Shown here: one piece after another, positions 30,111 through 44,574 of the stretch
Numbering within the stretch: the first letter of the stretch is position 1
Layout: each line of letters begins with the position of its first letter
Origin: Eledone cirrhosa
Taxonomy: Eukaryota
Direction of reading: 5' to 3'
Assembly: GCA_964016885.1 (NCBI GenBank)
Contig: OZ024743.1
Location: forward strand, 215,946,001 to 216,010,000
Length of the DNA: 64,000 nucleotides
The notes under the pieces: generated by a model
Told to the model about the DNA's origin: nothing
What the model saw: the letters and a program-made list of their open reading frames with translations, nothing else
The model's database searches: none
Translations under genes and position numbers: made by a program

Positions 30111-31399
30111 ATTTTAACATTCATCATCATATTACATGGAATGTACAGAATAAACTATACAACATACTGTTGCATCCTCCATCTCTGAGACTGAACGTGA
30201 TGCAACCTTCTCATGTGTTGGAAGAGCGTATCTCTGTACCGTTCGCTATGTGAGCCGAAAATGGAAGGATAACTAAGGAAATATCACAGAAGCTTGCTCC
30301 TTATTTATTTAGTTTTTGGAACCTTCTGTGTAAAACGATATTAGATGACGTTTGCTGCCAAATATCTACCTGGTTATTATTTCTGACTTTTCTATCATTA
30401 CAGGAAACAATTTCGTTTTGTTTTTTATGGGCTTTATGCGAAGATGGAAGTTCATATTTATCATAAATGGCCATGTATATTTTTCCGTATGAATTATTCG
30501 CTCATATTGCTTTTAATTTCGACTATTATCAAGGATTAATGTCGCATGTTAAATTTTATAAATCTGAAAGTTACCGTTGTTTTTCGCCGCCCCATACATT
30601 GGAGTCAATCGCATGAGCGTCACATTCAATTATATCCCCGCTAGAATCCTCTGATCATCCTCACTTTAGGATATGATGCAAATGGTTTCATTGCTTTTGC
30701 TTTTTTTCATACGTCCAAATATTTGCGCAGACGTCAGCGTGAGCTTCCTTAAATTCAACTTCTGAAAAGATAAATAATCCTCCCTCCGTGTTTGAGACAA
30801 AGTTAGATTATATTCGTGCCAGCATAGATGCAGACATTTCATAATCCCCACCCCAAAGGAAATGTTAGTGGATTCGGTATAGCCACTGATTCGTATCGGA
30901 CTGTTCTTTTATCGTTTTTATGATTATTCATCATTGGAGATTGCATGTGTCATCATTATTGTAGTTGATGCCAATCAAGGAATCACTAGAGAAATACGTC
31001 GAAGATACAGTTTAGCCAAGAATATCAATATGTGCAAAGGAAACACGGTCTTCCTTTTTGCTAATTACTGATATTTTATGTCAAGCGTGTGTAGATGTGA
31101 GAACTTTTTATGCCATAATTTATAATTATGCCAAAAGAATTTCAGCGTTGTACATTAAATTGTAGAAATGTGTATATACATTTCCTTGTGTATCTGTTAC
31201 AATATCATTTTTGGTGAAAGGTTAACACATCTTGAAACAACGTGGTCTGACACTTTGAGATTATACTGGCAACTCTATAAAAGTTTCACAGAGGGAAAGA
31301 GAAAAAGATATTGAAACATGTTCGTTTCGTTGCAGAAAAATAATTTTCTTCGGCAGCAAACCTACCATTAAACATATTAAAGAATTGTCTATGTTTATA

Positions 31400-31473
<74 letters not shown>

Positions 31474-31480
<7 letters not shown>

Positions 31481-32497
31481 TTAGAAACACACAGATACAT
31501 GCGGACACACACATATATACATGAATGCATCCGCACCCAACTGTGAGTTAAGGGTGCCAACTTCACCGGTGTTGCTCAATGAATGACTGGGACAGACTAA
31601 TTCAGTTTGAACCAGACTGAACCAGTATCAGAGTTAAAAATACATTATGAAGAGAGAAGAAACATTTAGATATAATTAGTAATAAAATGTATCATACCTA
31701 AACTGTTCCTAAATTCCTCGACTACGTAGTTTCGTGGCATAAACAAAAACAATATATCAAAGATATAGAGTCCTTGCAAGGTCTGCCGACTTATCAAGAG
31801 GATACCTCATTTTACTAGTCTCAAGAACGCGTCTACACGACGTGAGAAAGAATCCCAAAAGGCGGAGGGGGAGACAGTCACGCGATATAACGGTCGAGAA
31901 ACAGAGCTAAGCCTCTTATAACCACGAAGAAAATACCACGGAGGCGGAGGGGGTATTCATATCGAGGCCGTAGAAGAGGTAGTGAAGAAGGCGAGAAGTA
32001 TGAGTAATGGAAGCTTTCCAGTTGTCCCCACACTTCAAAGATTGCTCGACCAGAGGGAGTTATTAATATATTTAGAAACACATAGATACATGCGGACACA
32101 CACATATATACATGAATGCATCCGCACCCAACTGTGAGTTAAGGGTGCCAACTTCACCGATGTTGCTCAATGAATGACTGGGACAGACTAATTCAGTTTG
32201 AACCAGGCTGAACCAGTATCAGAGTTAAAAATACATTATGAAGAGAGAAGAAACATTTAGATATAATTAGTAATAAAATGTATCATACCTAAACTGTTCC
32301 TAAATTCCTCGACTACGTAGTTTCGTGGCATAAACAAAAACAATATATCAAAGATATAGAGTCCTTGCGAGGTCTGCCGACTTATCAAGAGGATACCTCA
32401 TTTTACTAGTCTCAAGAACGCGTCTACACGACGTGAGAAAGAATCCCAAAAGGCGGAGGGGGAGACAGTCACGCGATATAACGGTCGAGAAACAGAA
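31474..32497 (-). mobile_element. Non-coding partial-tandem element (591-bp unit x ~1.7), one HHR per unit, flanked by (TA)n; retrozyme-like
   Basis: ttagaaacac.. at 31481 and 32072, near-identical; no coding signal. Confidence 0.85.
31715..31802 (-). ncRNA. Type I HHR, U3-A8 core variant, 57-nt stem II (second copy 32306-32393)
   Basis: tcctc-TTGATAA-gtcggca...tgccac-GAAA-ctacgtag-TC-gagga; perfect stem I; palindromic stem III. Confidence 0.75.
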
Positions 32498-32780
32498 TAT
32501 ATATATATATATATATAAAAACTTTGAAGAGCAGTCAGACAAAATATATCCAATTTTTCTTCTCCTTACTCCGTTGAAATTAACTAGATAAATAATAATT
32601 TAAACGGAGCTAAGTTTAAAATGTAACTTTGAAGAAATAACAGATAAATGTCACACAATATCCTCTGTGTGATAACATTGACCTAGTCTTTCCTGTTAGC
32701 CCGTAGAAATTAACTAGACATATATATTAGACTGTAAATAAATCCCCTTTTTGTACTGTTGACCATGTTATTCTCCACTT

Positions 32781-32859
<79 letters not shown>

Positions 32860-33595
32860 GGAGTCTGCCGCCGTGTTGAGAAAGGCAAGTCTACTAATCA
32901 TGTAAGTACTCTTAAAAATATGTAACATCCCGACCAGTAATACAACGATGACATAACACGCATTTCATTGAGTGGAGCAACTTTGCAATCTGTACAATTT
33001 TTCGCAAAGTCAGCGAACAAAGATATCTGGGCTATCAGCAAAATTGATTTTTTTTTAATTTTTATTTCAGCGGAATTAATACAATATTACAATTCTCTGA
33101 ATGGAACATCTGTAGACGCACGATTGACGGTGGTTTCGAAATCATTCTCCCTTATAAAGTTGTAACTCAATCAATTCCCTGCAATCATGAAAAGTGCAAG
33201 TTTCAAATTCCCTTAATTATGTTAGGTATCATTCTGTTAACTTGGTCCTATTTAGTATCGGTTATTAACTTACATGTGCCATTGTGCTGTGTTTCCCCCT
33301 GCTATCGGTATGCTTTCTTCTTTTTTGTTTCTTTTTGCTCTCCTTTTTTTCTTTTTTCTTTCTTTCTCTCTGTACGCTATCGCTTCTTTCCCTCATGGCT
33401 TTTTGATAGATAAAAGGCTATTGGTACGTTCCGGATAGATGTATTATCTATAATGCGCTGAAACATCTGCAACGCGTGGTAGACAACTGATAAAGGGAAA
33501 CAGTCTATCTCCTTCTCTTTTGTTTGTGTCGCCTTACTCTCTAACACTCGTTATCAGTAACAACACAACTCAGTCTCTCTCAATCCACACACATA

Positions 33596-33760
<165 letters not shown>

Positions 33761-35007
33761 CGAGTGAGACAGAGACGAATGCATTACATAATTCTATATG
33801 TTTATATTTATGTTGCTGACATCCATATAAATCTCTTGACGGAGTCAATGTGTCTGGTTATTATATATGTGGCTTACAGCGGTATATCGAAATGAACCAT
33901 TTATCAAAATCTGAAGAATTCTCAATATGTTTACAATTCTGTTTACATGTGTTGTTTTGTGGGTTTTTTTGTTATGTATGAATTATATATGTTTATAACT
34001 AAAGGCAAGAAAATATGGTAAATATATGGGTATATATTCTTCAGACATGAATAATTACATATTCAATTGGAGTATAATACATAATGCACCGAATAAAAAT
34101 ATGCGCTTTCTTTAAACATATCAAGTGAACTGTTACCCGTTAATTATATTTGTGTATAGGTGTATATATGATGTTGAATTTTAATTTTATATTGTTCATG
34201 TATTATATTTTATCTTTGCTTCCATATCATTTTACATTCTCTTTATAATATGAGCATACTATCTCTTCAATACTGCTCTTCTTGATGCCAATATTCTAGG
34301 AGAGAAATATAATTCATCAGTGCGTCAGATAGAATGGCACTTATGGTTAAAGGTGTTCCGGGTCTCTGCGTTCTAATTTCAAATCGCAGTGAGGTAGGTT
34401 TTCATTCTTCAGAGATTTATTATAGATATCAATTCATGGCCTAAGATATGCGAAATTGATAAAACTCCAAATATGATAGATAACTTTATCAGTTTGGTTC
34501 ATTGCAGTCCGACAACAAATCTAAGGTGTCTATGATGTTAATCTGTATCTAACTTTGCATTTCAATAGAACAGCATTCTTGCGGTTAAGAATGGAGACAT
34601 GAATAAACAAGATTTCAATTGGGCTTTCGGTTTGGAAAGAGTATTGCCAGATGGAAATCCATATTCGTACGACATACGGAGGAGAAGGAAACTTGGAGTT
34701 ATATCATGATCATTCAGACTACTACAAAATTGAATGGAAGCTATTCGTTGTTGACATGAAAAAGAATTATGATTAAAATTCAACCTTCTAGCTTTATCAA
34801 CCCACGATACTTTAGATTTGAGTTTAACGTAGAGGTATTATTTTTCACCACAAACGACAATGTAACGTAACCAGTCGGTTGTGACATGGATGTAGAGCAC
34901 ATCATTCACCATAACAGTTAGTCAGATGGTGCGGGCAATTATTGTTTCAATTTGAACAATTTCCGTATTGTATGCCTGTCAATAACCTAAGGAATTTGGG
35001 ACAATTG

Positions 35008-35146
<139 letters not shown>

Positions 35147-35709
35147 GTGTATATATATATATATAAACAATTTGTAATACAGATTTGTTCAGGATTTCTA
35201 TTCTTTTAAAATTGTTTCTCATTTAGTAGTTCCGCTCAATTTATATTCAATATTAAATTTCTCAAATTCATCATCAATACTTTTAGAACTTCACAGTTTT
35301 ATCTTTTGATGTACATAATGTTGAATACATATAAAGCTGTATATTTATAGTAATTGAGTTTCCGTTGACATTACCGTCAGAATTTATGTTTATATATCAA
35401 CAGAAATGGGCGTTGTTTAGTTCCTGACTGTGGTATGATATATTTAATTTAGGATAGTAATGTGATGACTATTACTTCGATTATGAATCGTTGAATTTGT
35501 ATTGAATTATGTAGATGGAAGGTGTATTTTGGCTAATTACTTCTTATCCAGTTTTGTTGTGTGTTACGTGCTGTAATGTAGAATTATTCGATCTTTGCAA
35601 GTACATGAAAACAGTTTTGCAGGCCAAATATCGGGCGAATTCGTGACAGTTTCAACGATTAGCATCGGGTTCATGAAGTATATTTATTTTTAATATTTTG
35701 TAGTGCAAT

Positions 35710-36165
35710 GGATTGGCAATATCGGCAGACCCACAGACATCCTGCTTTAGGCGTAGAGTTACGCCCTTTTACGTTCTGAATTCAAATCCCGCCGAGTTTA
35801 GCTTTACCTATCTTACATACAGGTTCAATAAAATTAAGTACCTGTCAGGCGCTTGTGTCAAGTTTATCGACTTTCCGTTTCCCCAAACGTTACTGGACTT
35901 TTGCGTAAATCAGATACCCTTATTAATATCTAGTGTATGGATGGAATATTGACAGTATCTATATAGCGTTGGACATGACAGCATGCTTTGCAAAATAGTA
36001 TTCCAATACTCCATCAAGGTCAGTTTTTATTTTCATCCTAACGGGAGTGAAACAAATATAGTACCAGTAATATACTATGGTCGATTTAATCGACGCCCCT
36101 CCCCCTCGCAAACTACGTTCCCCTCCCGAAAGAATGTTAATCTTTTGCCTGAATCAGAAACCAAG
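35710..36165 (+). mobile_element. Two old SINE copies
   Basis: gaattcaaatcccgccgag..., tttcatcctaacgggag..gtaccag. Confidence 0.65.
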
Positions 36166-36529
36166 ATTTATTTTTCTTTTGTATGATGTATCTTTTATAT
36201 GGATGTGGTTTTCGTTTTAAGTGTCTGCTTTTTTTTATTCTATTGAATTCTTAATATTTTCTGTCTTTAAGGAGGAGCATCCAAATAATCATTCAATAAA
36301 ATAATTTACAAACGGCCATTCTATATCTGTGGACATTCATTGAGTCCTGAAACATTCATGTATGTATCTATATCTATTGAAAGAGAAGTATGTGTTAATT
36401 TCTATATTGCAATATCTACGTCACGAAATTAATCTGTTACAGAGTGTTGCATTTTATCAATGAGCTGTACCTTTTCTTTAATTTCTGGAATTCTTCCCGT
36501 GTATCCTATGCGACAAATATAACTCCCAT

Positions 36530-36985
36530 ATCTAGGGCGGTTTAAATACCTGAGAACCATGGACGATTTCTCTTCAGTGGTCTCTGTCCTTCATCATTGC
36601 CACTATGTTACGCGTCTCCTGAAGACAAGTGTCTGTCCTGAGATCATCTTTATATATCATTATCTACTTCTATCTTCCTGTGTGTTCCTGTAGGGTCTCC
36701 TACAGGACCACTGAATGCTGTATCACTTCTGAATGTTATTGAGCTTGTACAACTAAACTCAGTCTCTTCTGCATCACTTTCGAGCTGGTTTTTGGGAGGC
36801 TCCCATACATTTTTGTGTTCTTCATCCTTAATGCGTATCGGGTAATGTTCTTCAACATCATCGTGTTTCACTTGGTAAGTGTCGGATTCTCAAACCCGTA
36901 GAGCAGTAAATACATACTCAAGTGATGAAATGACGGATCTTCAGTCCTACGTTCACACAGACTTCAAGCTCTGACAGGCGGTCCA
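36530..36985 (-). mobile_element. RTE-clade LINE 3' fragment
   Basis: Similar to 8375-8522 (ccatggacga...ggtctctgtcc...gtgtctgtcct), extends further 5'. Confidence 0.65.
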
Positions 36986-39900
36986 GGCTTTGTTCCTCCT
37001 TACTAATATACATGATACAGAAGAGCAAAAAGAGAGCCCGCTACAATATTTTATTTACATTTCTAGACACATATATTCAGTAATAAATCAAGTTTCATCA
37101 TATTCGTTTACCTCATGGATAAAAATATATATCGATATGTACATGGAAACAACAGATACATATTTCACTGGCAAAATCCCTAACGATATGTGCCTTTAAT
37201 CATTCTTCATCAAACGAATCATTAGATAACTAGGTCCATATATAAATGTCTATACTTGATATGAATAGCAAATATCAAGACAGTAGCAAAATGCCAATGA
37301 TGAACTAACTGCATAGAACAGCAATTAAATTCACACTAAAAAAAGTAGTCTAACTAAAAATAGAATGGAAAGAAAGAACGAGAAAGAGGACACAATCAGA
37401 ATGGTGAGAAACAAAATGATGCGGATGATGTGCATGGTTTTTATCGGGAATGAAATATTCTGATTAGCCGATTTCAGATCTCAAGTGATTTATATTAAAC
37501 AGGTATTATCCGCTGTGTTTAAACATATGCAAGGAAGATTCTATTCATTGATAAACAATAACATTTTATATGCAGGATTTTAAGTAAATACGAAAACGTA
37601 GAATGTAATAATGCGTCTAGTTGTTTCATTGTGCATGAAGGTTTATTGAATCATTTATGGACGGACGTAAATAGTAATGTTGCCGAGTTATGTAATGCCG
37701 TGTATGATTATTGCTCTGTGAATGTTTCTATTACTTACTCATTGCCCAATATTTATCTTGTTTATCGAATCAGATATACTTGTTTCTGAGAATACCAAAG
37801 TATCGGAAAATGAATATATTTCCTATGACATTGGCATTTGCCATGCGTTCAATGTGAAAGCAAATAGAAAATCCTTCAATCATTGTTATAATATTTGAAA
37901 TGTTATCACGATTTTGTCTTTTACATAAAAAAACGTAAACATTTCGTTAAGAGTTGCGTTTATGCATACATGTGTGCTTAAACGTGATATGTTGAATGTC
38001 TTTTGTATTTATTGTTTAGGCTATATTTACTTAACTCTTGATGAAAACCGCATACATAACTATATATGTACCTAATGAAATTATATCACACATAATTATA
38101 AAATTGTTCTATTGGTTTGTCGGTCTAAATGACGCAAGAGTGAATAGCTAATATATTTGATTAATATGTTGCAACATTTATGTTTGATAATCCGTGTATT
38201 AGATGTAGCAATTTCCAAGTTTTCCATGTTTTCGAGTATGGCTACTGGACACGTATTCTACTTACTTTTATTGTTCAGATATAAAATTACTTCTGCAACA
38301 AATAAAATAAAGTTTCTAATTTGTCACTACAGATTCAACTTGAATTATATCACTAAATATCTTCCTATATTATATTCTTCCATACGTGTCGGTAGAAATC
38401 CATATTTATATTTATCGAATGAATGCATATTGCTATCATTCTTTACATTTCTTATTTTCCTATTCGAAAACAAATCTTTTGTTTTGTTATGTGTGCCTCA
38501 CTGATAAAATGAATTTCCATTCACGCAAATATGTTTTAACCATCACAACTGAAGTTAATATAATTAATGGGAAGACTGCACCGTATCGACGTAATGTTTT
38601 CTAGGAAAACTGAAAATTTGTACCGGAATGACAGCAGTTTTTAACATATTATCTGATGTGACAATAAATGAGACTTTTTCTATTCATTGACTTAAAAAAG
38701 GGTGCTATATGAGAAATGAGTATTTTATTAACTGCTAAACTAATGGTTTCAATTATAGTTTTGATTTTATGTCATCACCTGCTTCTATGGTTTCTGTGAA
38801 GGGATTTGTTATATGAGAGGGCAATAAACAGTGATTTAATTAAACAATAGAAGAGATATGTAAGAACCGTATTGTTTTTTTACAGATTTATTAAACTACA
38901 TGAGAATTAAAGACATATTCTGATAAGGTGATCAAATACATAAGTGTATAGCCACAAGGAAAGCATCGAAGCAATTTCCGATATCGATTGATAATTTCAG
39001 ACTCTCTATTTTTCTCCAACAGGCCATTTTCAAAGCACGGCATAGATATTTCTCGTTCAGCTCATTATATTATTTTCTTTTGATTTGATCGATCTTCAAT
39101 ATTATCATGTTTGTCGACAATATAACAAACAAGATATCGTTTATGTATTTGTTTATATTAAATGCAGCTGAAATTTAGACGCATAGATCAATGTAAACAT
39201 ATCTTATACGCATACTAAAATACGTAAAACCTCCAGCTGCATTAACATCAGTAACAAAACAATACCGACAAAAGAAATCATCAAATATACAGGCAACTCT
39301 CATTATGAGGTCAAATATAGATAAACAAGGATATCTTATTAAATTCCATATCGATCAATGAACAGCACAGCAACATTCAATTTTTATGTCCACTCTTATA
39401 TACACAGACACGCAACTACACAACGACACAAACACACACTTACAAACATATTTATCTACGTATATATGCGTGCAGATTTATATTATATATACGGATTTGT
39501 ATAGGAGGAGAATTGGCAAATCCTTAAGAGAGAGATTGAAATAAACGTTACAATAATTACTTTCGATCTATCTCTTCTGCGATCAAAGCCTGCTGAGATC
39601 TACTTCAACTTATGTCCTCTCAAAGTCTATAACATACAGCACCCTTTCATGGCAGTGTATTCGTAGAATTTTCAGTTCGTCCGATGAGGAGCTTTGTGTT
39701 TTCATTTAGTTCTTTTGGTCTAAGTACACATCTCGCTGCGCCCTACTTGAGTGACAGAATTGATCCGTCGCCCCGTTTACCACCACTATGATTTTAATGG
39801 AGTTCAACCTGCTGCAATCATCTGGCAAGGTTTCTGGTTAGACGATGTCATGTGAATGTGCATGTCTGTATACTTCTGTGCATGTTGGTAGATATAACTT

Positions 39901-40019
39901 GGAGAACAAGCCAATTGTTTACTATGTGAAATATTCTTTAGTGTATACTCATTCGTATTCAAGGTTTCATCGGTGGTCATGCACCACCACGAAAACACTT
40001 TAACATAGGTATAGGATAA

Positions 40020-40225
40020 AAGTGGCGGTGGATTGGCCGTATCAGTAGAGCGTCGATTAAAATGATTTGCGGTATACGGTTACCTCCCTTAACGTCGAGT
40101 TTAGCTTCGCCTTTCATGCTTACGGGTTCGAAAATATAAATTACCAGTAGGGTACTGAAGTGGATTTCACCAAATTCATTTTCCCTCAAAATTGTTGGCG
40201 TTGTGCCTAAATGAGAAACCATTAT
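40020..40225 (+). mobile_element. SINE copy
   Basis: ggcggtggattggc..cagtagagcgtc..gcctttcatgcttacggg..taccag..gtgcctaaa. Confidence 0.7.
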
Positions 40226-41801
40226 CATCATTATTGTTATTAATCGCAACGTATTTGCTCTGGGAGATTTTATACCGGCTCGATACTAAATTAGCGATCC
40301 ATAGCCAATGCCTCTAAGGTACTTTCGGTTATTCCTTCTCTTTAAAATTGTCAACACTCTCCTTAGAATGTCTCTTCAAACTGTACATACTTTATCGTAT
40401 ATGGGTGTGTATTGCTAACACGGTCATGCTTCACCAGCTACAGTTCGAGCAGAAAACGGACCACGTCGAAGCATCTGCTCATGACAACCTTCAAGTTATC
40501 GGAACTGTGGAAACAATTTTCACAGCGATGAAATAATAGTGAGTATTGTCAAAATATCCTACATTGTCTCCACTACAGCATTTTTGTAGGTGACGCCCGC
40601 AGAAGCCACAGGGAACGGCTATTGCAATGCGTGTGCACTCACCAAGAAGTTGACTGCTTGATGAAGTGCCCATTGATTAGAGCTACACGCCGCTGTGTGA
40701 TTGTGAAGAAACCGGAGGCAGGCAATATCCTGGTGCAAGTTGAATGACATTTGATTTCATTACTTTTCTGATAGTAGCTTCCATAGAGCTAAAGCAACGA
40801 GTGATGAAGCAAAAGTGGAAAAAAAGGTTTTCAGAGTTAATGTTAAATACAGACTAAACTCAATATAGAAATTAAGATAAAAGGCAACGTTAATCGCAGA
40901 GGGATGTGAATTTGGAACACTAATAGCTGGAACCATTAACACAAGGCATTTTCATATGCTCTAACGATTCTGGCAACCTATCGAGCCAGCCACCATCAAT
41001 AAAATACAGGCCACATATCATCCATGTGGAAGTTGTAAAATGACAGGAATAAATGTTGAAAGGGTTTCAGCTAGTACTTCAATGCTTTTAATATTTCTCC
41101 ATATATAAATCAATAATCATATCAATCGCTCTAATAGTGGGTTTTAATAATTACTCTTCATTTTAAGTTGTTTTAAATGTACCTTACACCGAATTGAAAA
41201 TAAAATTTAAGTGTTAAAATATAGCTGAATCAAAAATCTATTACAGAAAGCTTTTTAAAACTTATATCTTTCGTTTGGGATAATTTGTAAATGGAAAGTT
41301 TTAGTTGGTCTCTGAATTATTTTTAGTGTTTTGCAATTAGCATATCGATCAAATATTTTATTTTACCCACGCATTAAACACGATTATTATTTTGCATATT
41401 TATCGGTTGACATCTTGTGATAGTGAGCCGAAACACTCTCACTTGTAACACCCAAAGACAAATCTCACTGCAAAGTGCGTTGGTTTCGTAAACAGGTTAT
41501 CGTTGCTCCTGTCAACACCAGTCAAACTTTCATCCATTGTGCCGAGCCGCACCCTCATAATCAATGGTCGTTACATGACGTCGGAACCCAATGCGAGTCA
41601 GAAATGAGTTAGCACAGCCTTCCAGACTGATGCATGCCTAATTGCCCCAGAGCATGTCAGACACCAACGAAACTAGAATAGCATCGAATGCTATTCAGCC
41701 TACAGAGAATGAAGTATTCCCTTGATCCTCACCAATTCAACTTCCTACAGTCTGCATCACACAAAGTCACCAGCACAATTAAGGACACTTGCAATCAATC
41801 G

Positions 41802-41872
<71 letters not shown>

Positions 41873-41878
<6 letters not shown>

Positions 41879-42705
41879 TACTTGGGGAGGGTCATATTTG
41901 TGTAATAGTATTGCCCGAATTAATAACAGAACACTGTTTGGTTGGTTTTCGCTTCTGTGTCTTTTGTATCGGTTAATTTAATTTATTCGGTCCTCAATGT
42001 TGCCATTGACTGACCAACGGTCAAAAATACAGATAAAATATACACACACACACATATTTATAGTCTATCAAATTCTTTCGTTTCACATCTGCAACATCGT
42101 CAGTGGTGCTATTATGTTCTATAGAACTTAGTAGGCCAAGGCTAAACAGAACAAAATGAATGGAATAACAACACCCAAACAAACAACGCTGACCTAAGAG
42201 AAGTATAAATAAAAGAATAAATAAATAAATAAATAAATACATACACGAGCACAATAACAACAAACACATATAAACACACACGAGTAAACTAAGATATAAT
42301 ACATTAGACAATACACAGTCACCCAAACAAGAACACTATAGACACACGCAAACGCATGCGCAGGGAAGACAACAAAATAAAAAAATAAATAAATAAATAA
42401 ACAGACTAAATAAAGATGGCGTAAGCATATAATAGCACCACTGACGATGTTGCAGATGTGCAACGAAAGAACTTTGATACACTATATATATATGTGTTTG
42501 TGTCTATATTGTATCTGTATTTATGACCGTTGGTCAGTCAATTGCAACATTGAGGACCGAATAAATTAAATTAACCGATATAAAAGACACAGAAGCGAAA
42601 ACCACCAAACAGTGAGTGTGTTCTGTTATTAATTCTGGCAATACTATTACACAAATATTGCCCTCCACAAGTATAACAATATTTGTTTCGACACACGATT
42701 TCATT
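41873..42705. mobile_element. Non-coding inverted-pLTR element related to the Neptune-like PLE; HHR-like motif in both arms (42067-42107 -, 42437-42478 +)
   Basis: Arms ~41873-42113 / ~42430-42680; terminus shared with the PLE at ~3000; CTGACGA-t-gttgca/gatg/tgcaac-GAAA-gaac-TT. Confidence 0.8.
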
Positions 42706-42829
42706 ACAAAATTTGATGAATTATTTCACGTTTCCCCTTCTATCTGGAGTTGCGACAGATAGACAGTATTAGAAAGACCAATGGATGCATCACTTTTCTC
42801 GGTCCGATTTGACAAAGTCGACCGACTGT

Positions 42830-42954
<125 letters not shown>

Positions 42955-42959
42955 TTATA

Positions 42960-43000
<41 letters not shown>

Positions 43001-43004
<4 letters not shown>

Positions 43005-43543
43005 TAAAACATGTCTATAGAATCACCAGATAAAATATATACCATTTCCTCTCCCAATTAGCATAATTAACTATATCAAAAATCGAATAGACCAGGCTAT
43101 AAGAATATGGCTTCTATGAAGAAATCTCCAACAAATAACCGAAACAAGCCCTTCGCGTCGGCTACGACGGAATATTTATCGAATATTTCGACAGCATAAT
43201 CGCCCAGATAGTCAATTAAACAGAATTAGGTGTAAAATAAACTAGGAGAAAAGAGAATACATTTATTTACCTCTACCATGGTTTCGTCCGCATTTTGAGA
43301 TTTCCAATATCTTCGGAAATTCGAGCATCGGACTCTTCAGGAGTTTGCTCTAATCTAGACAATAAATTTTCCAAAGTGATCGCGCCAAGAATACATTCAA
43401 AAATGGCTAAGAATCGTGAAGTAGCAGCGGTCAGGTTGGAAGGAGTGTGGTAGTTACTTATGGCTGGTGGCTTTTTGCTAGAAAGCACAGCACAATACAG
43501 CCAAATTTGTATCTCAACCTAATGGGAGATTATTACATATAAA

Positions 43544-43597
<54 letters not shown>

Positions 43598-43969
43598 CAT
43601 ATATACATATACGTGTTTTGCAACGGGTCACTTTGTGGCTCAATGAAAAGTTTATAAATTAAATGATCAGAGCTATATATCATAAAACATGTCTATAGAA
43701 TCACCAGATAAAATATATACCATTTCTTCTCCCAATTAGCATAATTAACTATATAAAAAATCGAATAGACCAGGCTATAAGAATAAGGCTTCTATGAAGA
43801 AATCTCCAACAAATAACCGAAATAAGCCCTTCGCGTCGGCTACGACGGAATATTTATCGAATATTTCGACAGCATAATCGCCCAGATAGTCAATTAAACA
43901 GAATTAGGTGTAAAATAAACTAGGAGAAAAGAGAATACATTTATTACCTTTACCATGGTTTCGTCCGCA
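43001..43969 (-). mobile_element. Non-coding partial-tandem element (678-bp unit) with HHR; retrozyme-like
   Basis: cataaaacatgtc.. at 43003 and 43681; second copy truncated inside HHR stem II and followed by a short inverted piece gggcttgtttcggtt. Confidence 0.8.
43271..43343 (-). ncRNA. Type I HHR with 48-nt stem II
   Basis: ctc-CTGAAGA-gtccg...atttccga/ttggaaat...cggac-GAAA-ccatgg-TA-gag; palindromic ACCATGGT. Confidence 0.8.
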
Positions 43970-44054
43970 GGGCTTGTTTCGGTTGCAAATTAGTAATTTG
44001 CAAACACAGAATTACTACTGATTTTTGACAATCACTTTGACCATATATGGAATT

Positions 44055-44148
44055 ACCCCTTGAGAAGATCGGCTATTTAAATACCAGGATAAATTTTCAT
44101 TTAGTCCAGAATTAGCCGTCGAAACGGCTTGAGCTCAGCTGTCGGGGT
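44055..44148 (+). ncRNA. Type I HHR, U3-A8 core variant, 54-nt stem II
   Basis: acccc-TTGAGAA-gatcggcta...tagccgtc-GAAA-cggct/tgagctc/agctg-TC-ggggt. Confidence 0.75.
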
Positions 44149-44321
44149 CTTACTGGGTCCTATTACCCACTCTACTACCTCAAGTATTGAGTACTTTGGT
44201 GCGTTATGGTCCACCTGGTTCCTTACCACATTTCCTTCGTTTATTTAGATATATAATTATTTATATATATATATATATATTTATTTATATATATATACAT
44301 ATTCATTTATATATATATATG

Positions 44322-44388
<67 letters not shown>

Positions 44389-44467
44389 TTATAAATATGT
44401 ATATATATATTTATTTATAAATATGTATATATATATTTATTTATAAATATGTATATATATATTTATT

Positions 44468-44574
<107 letters not shown>

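Noticed and set aside
30960-31100. RTE-like remnant (EIRRRYSLAK)
   Set aside because: Too short and degenerate to delimit
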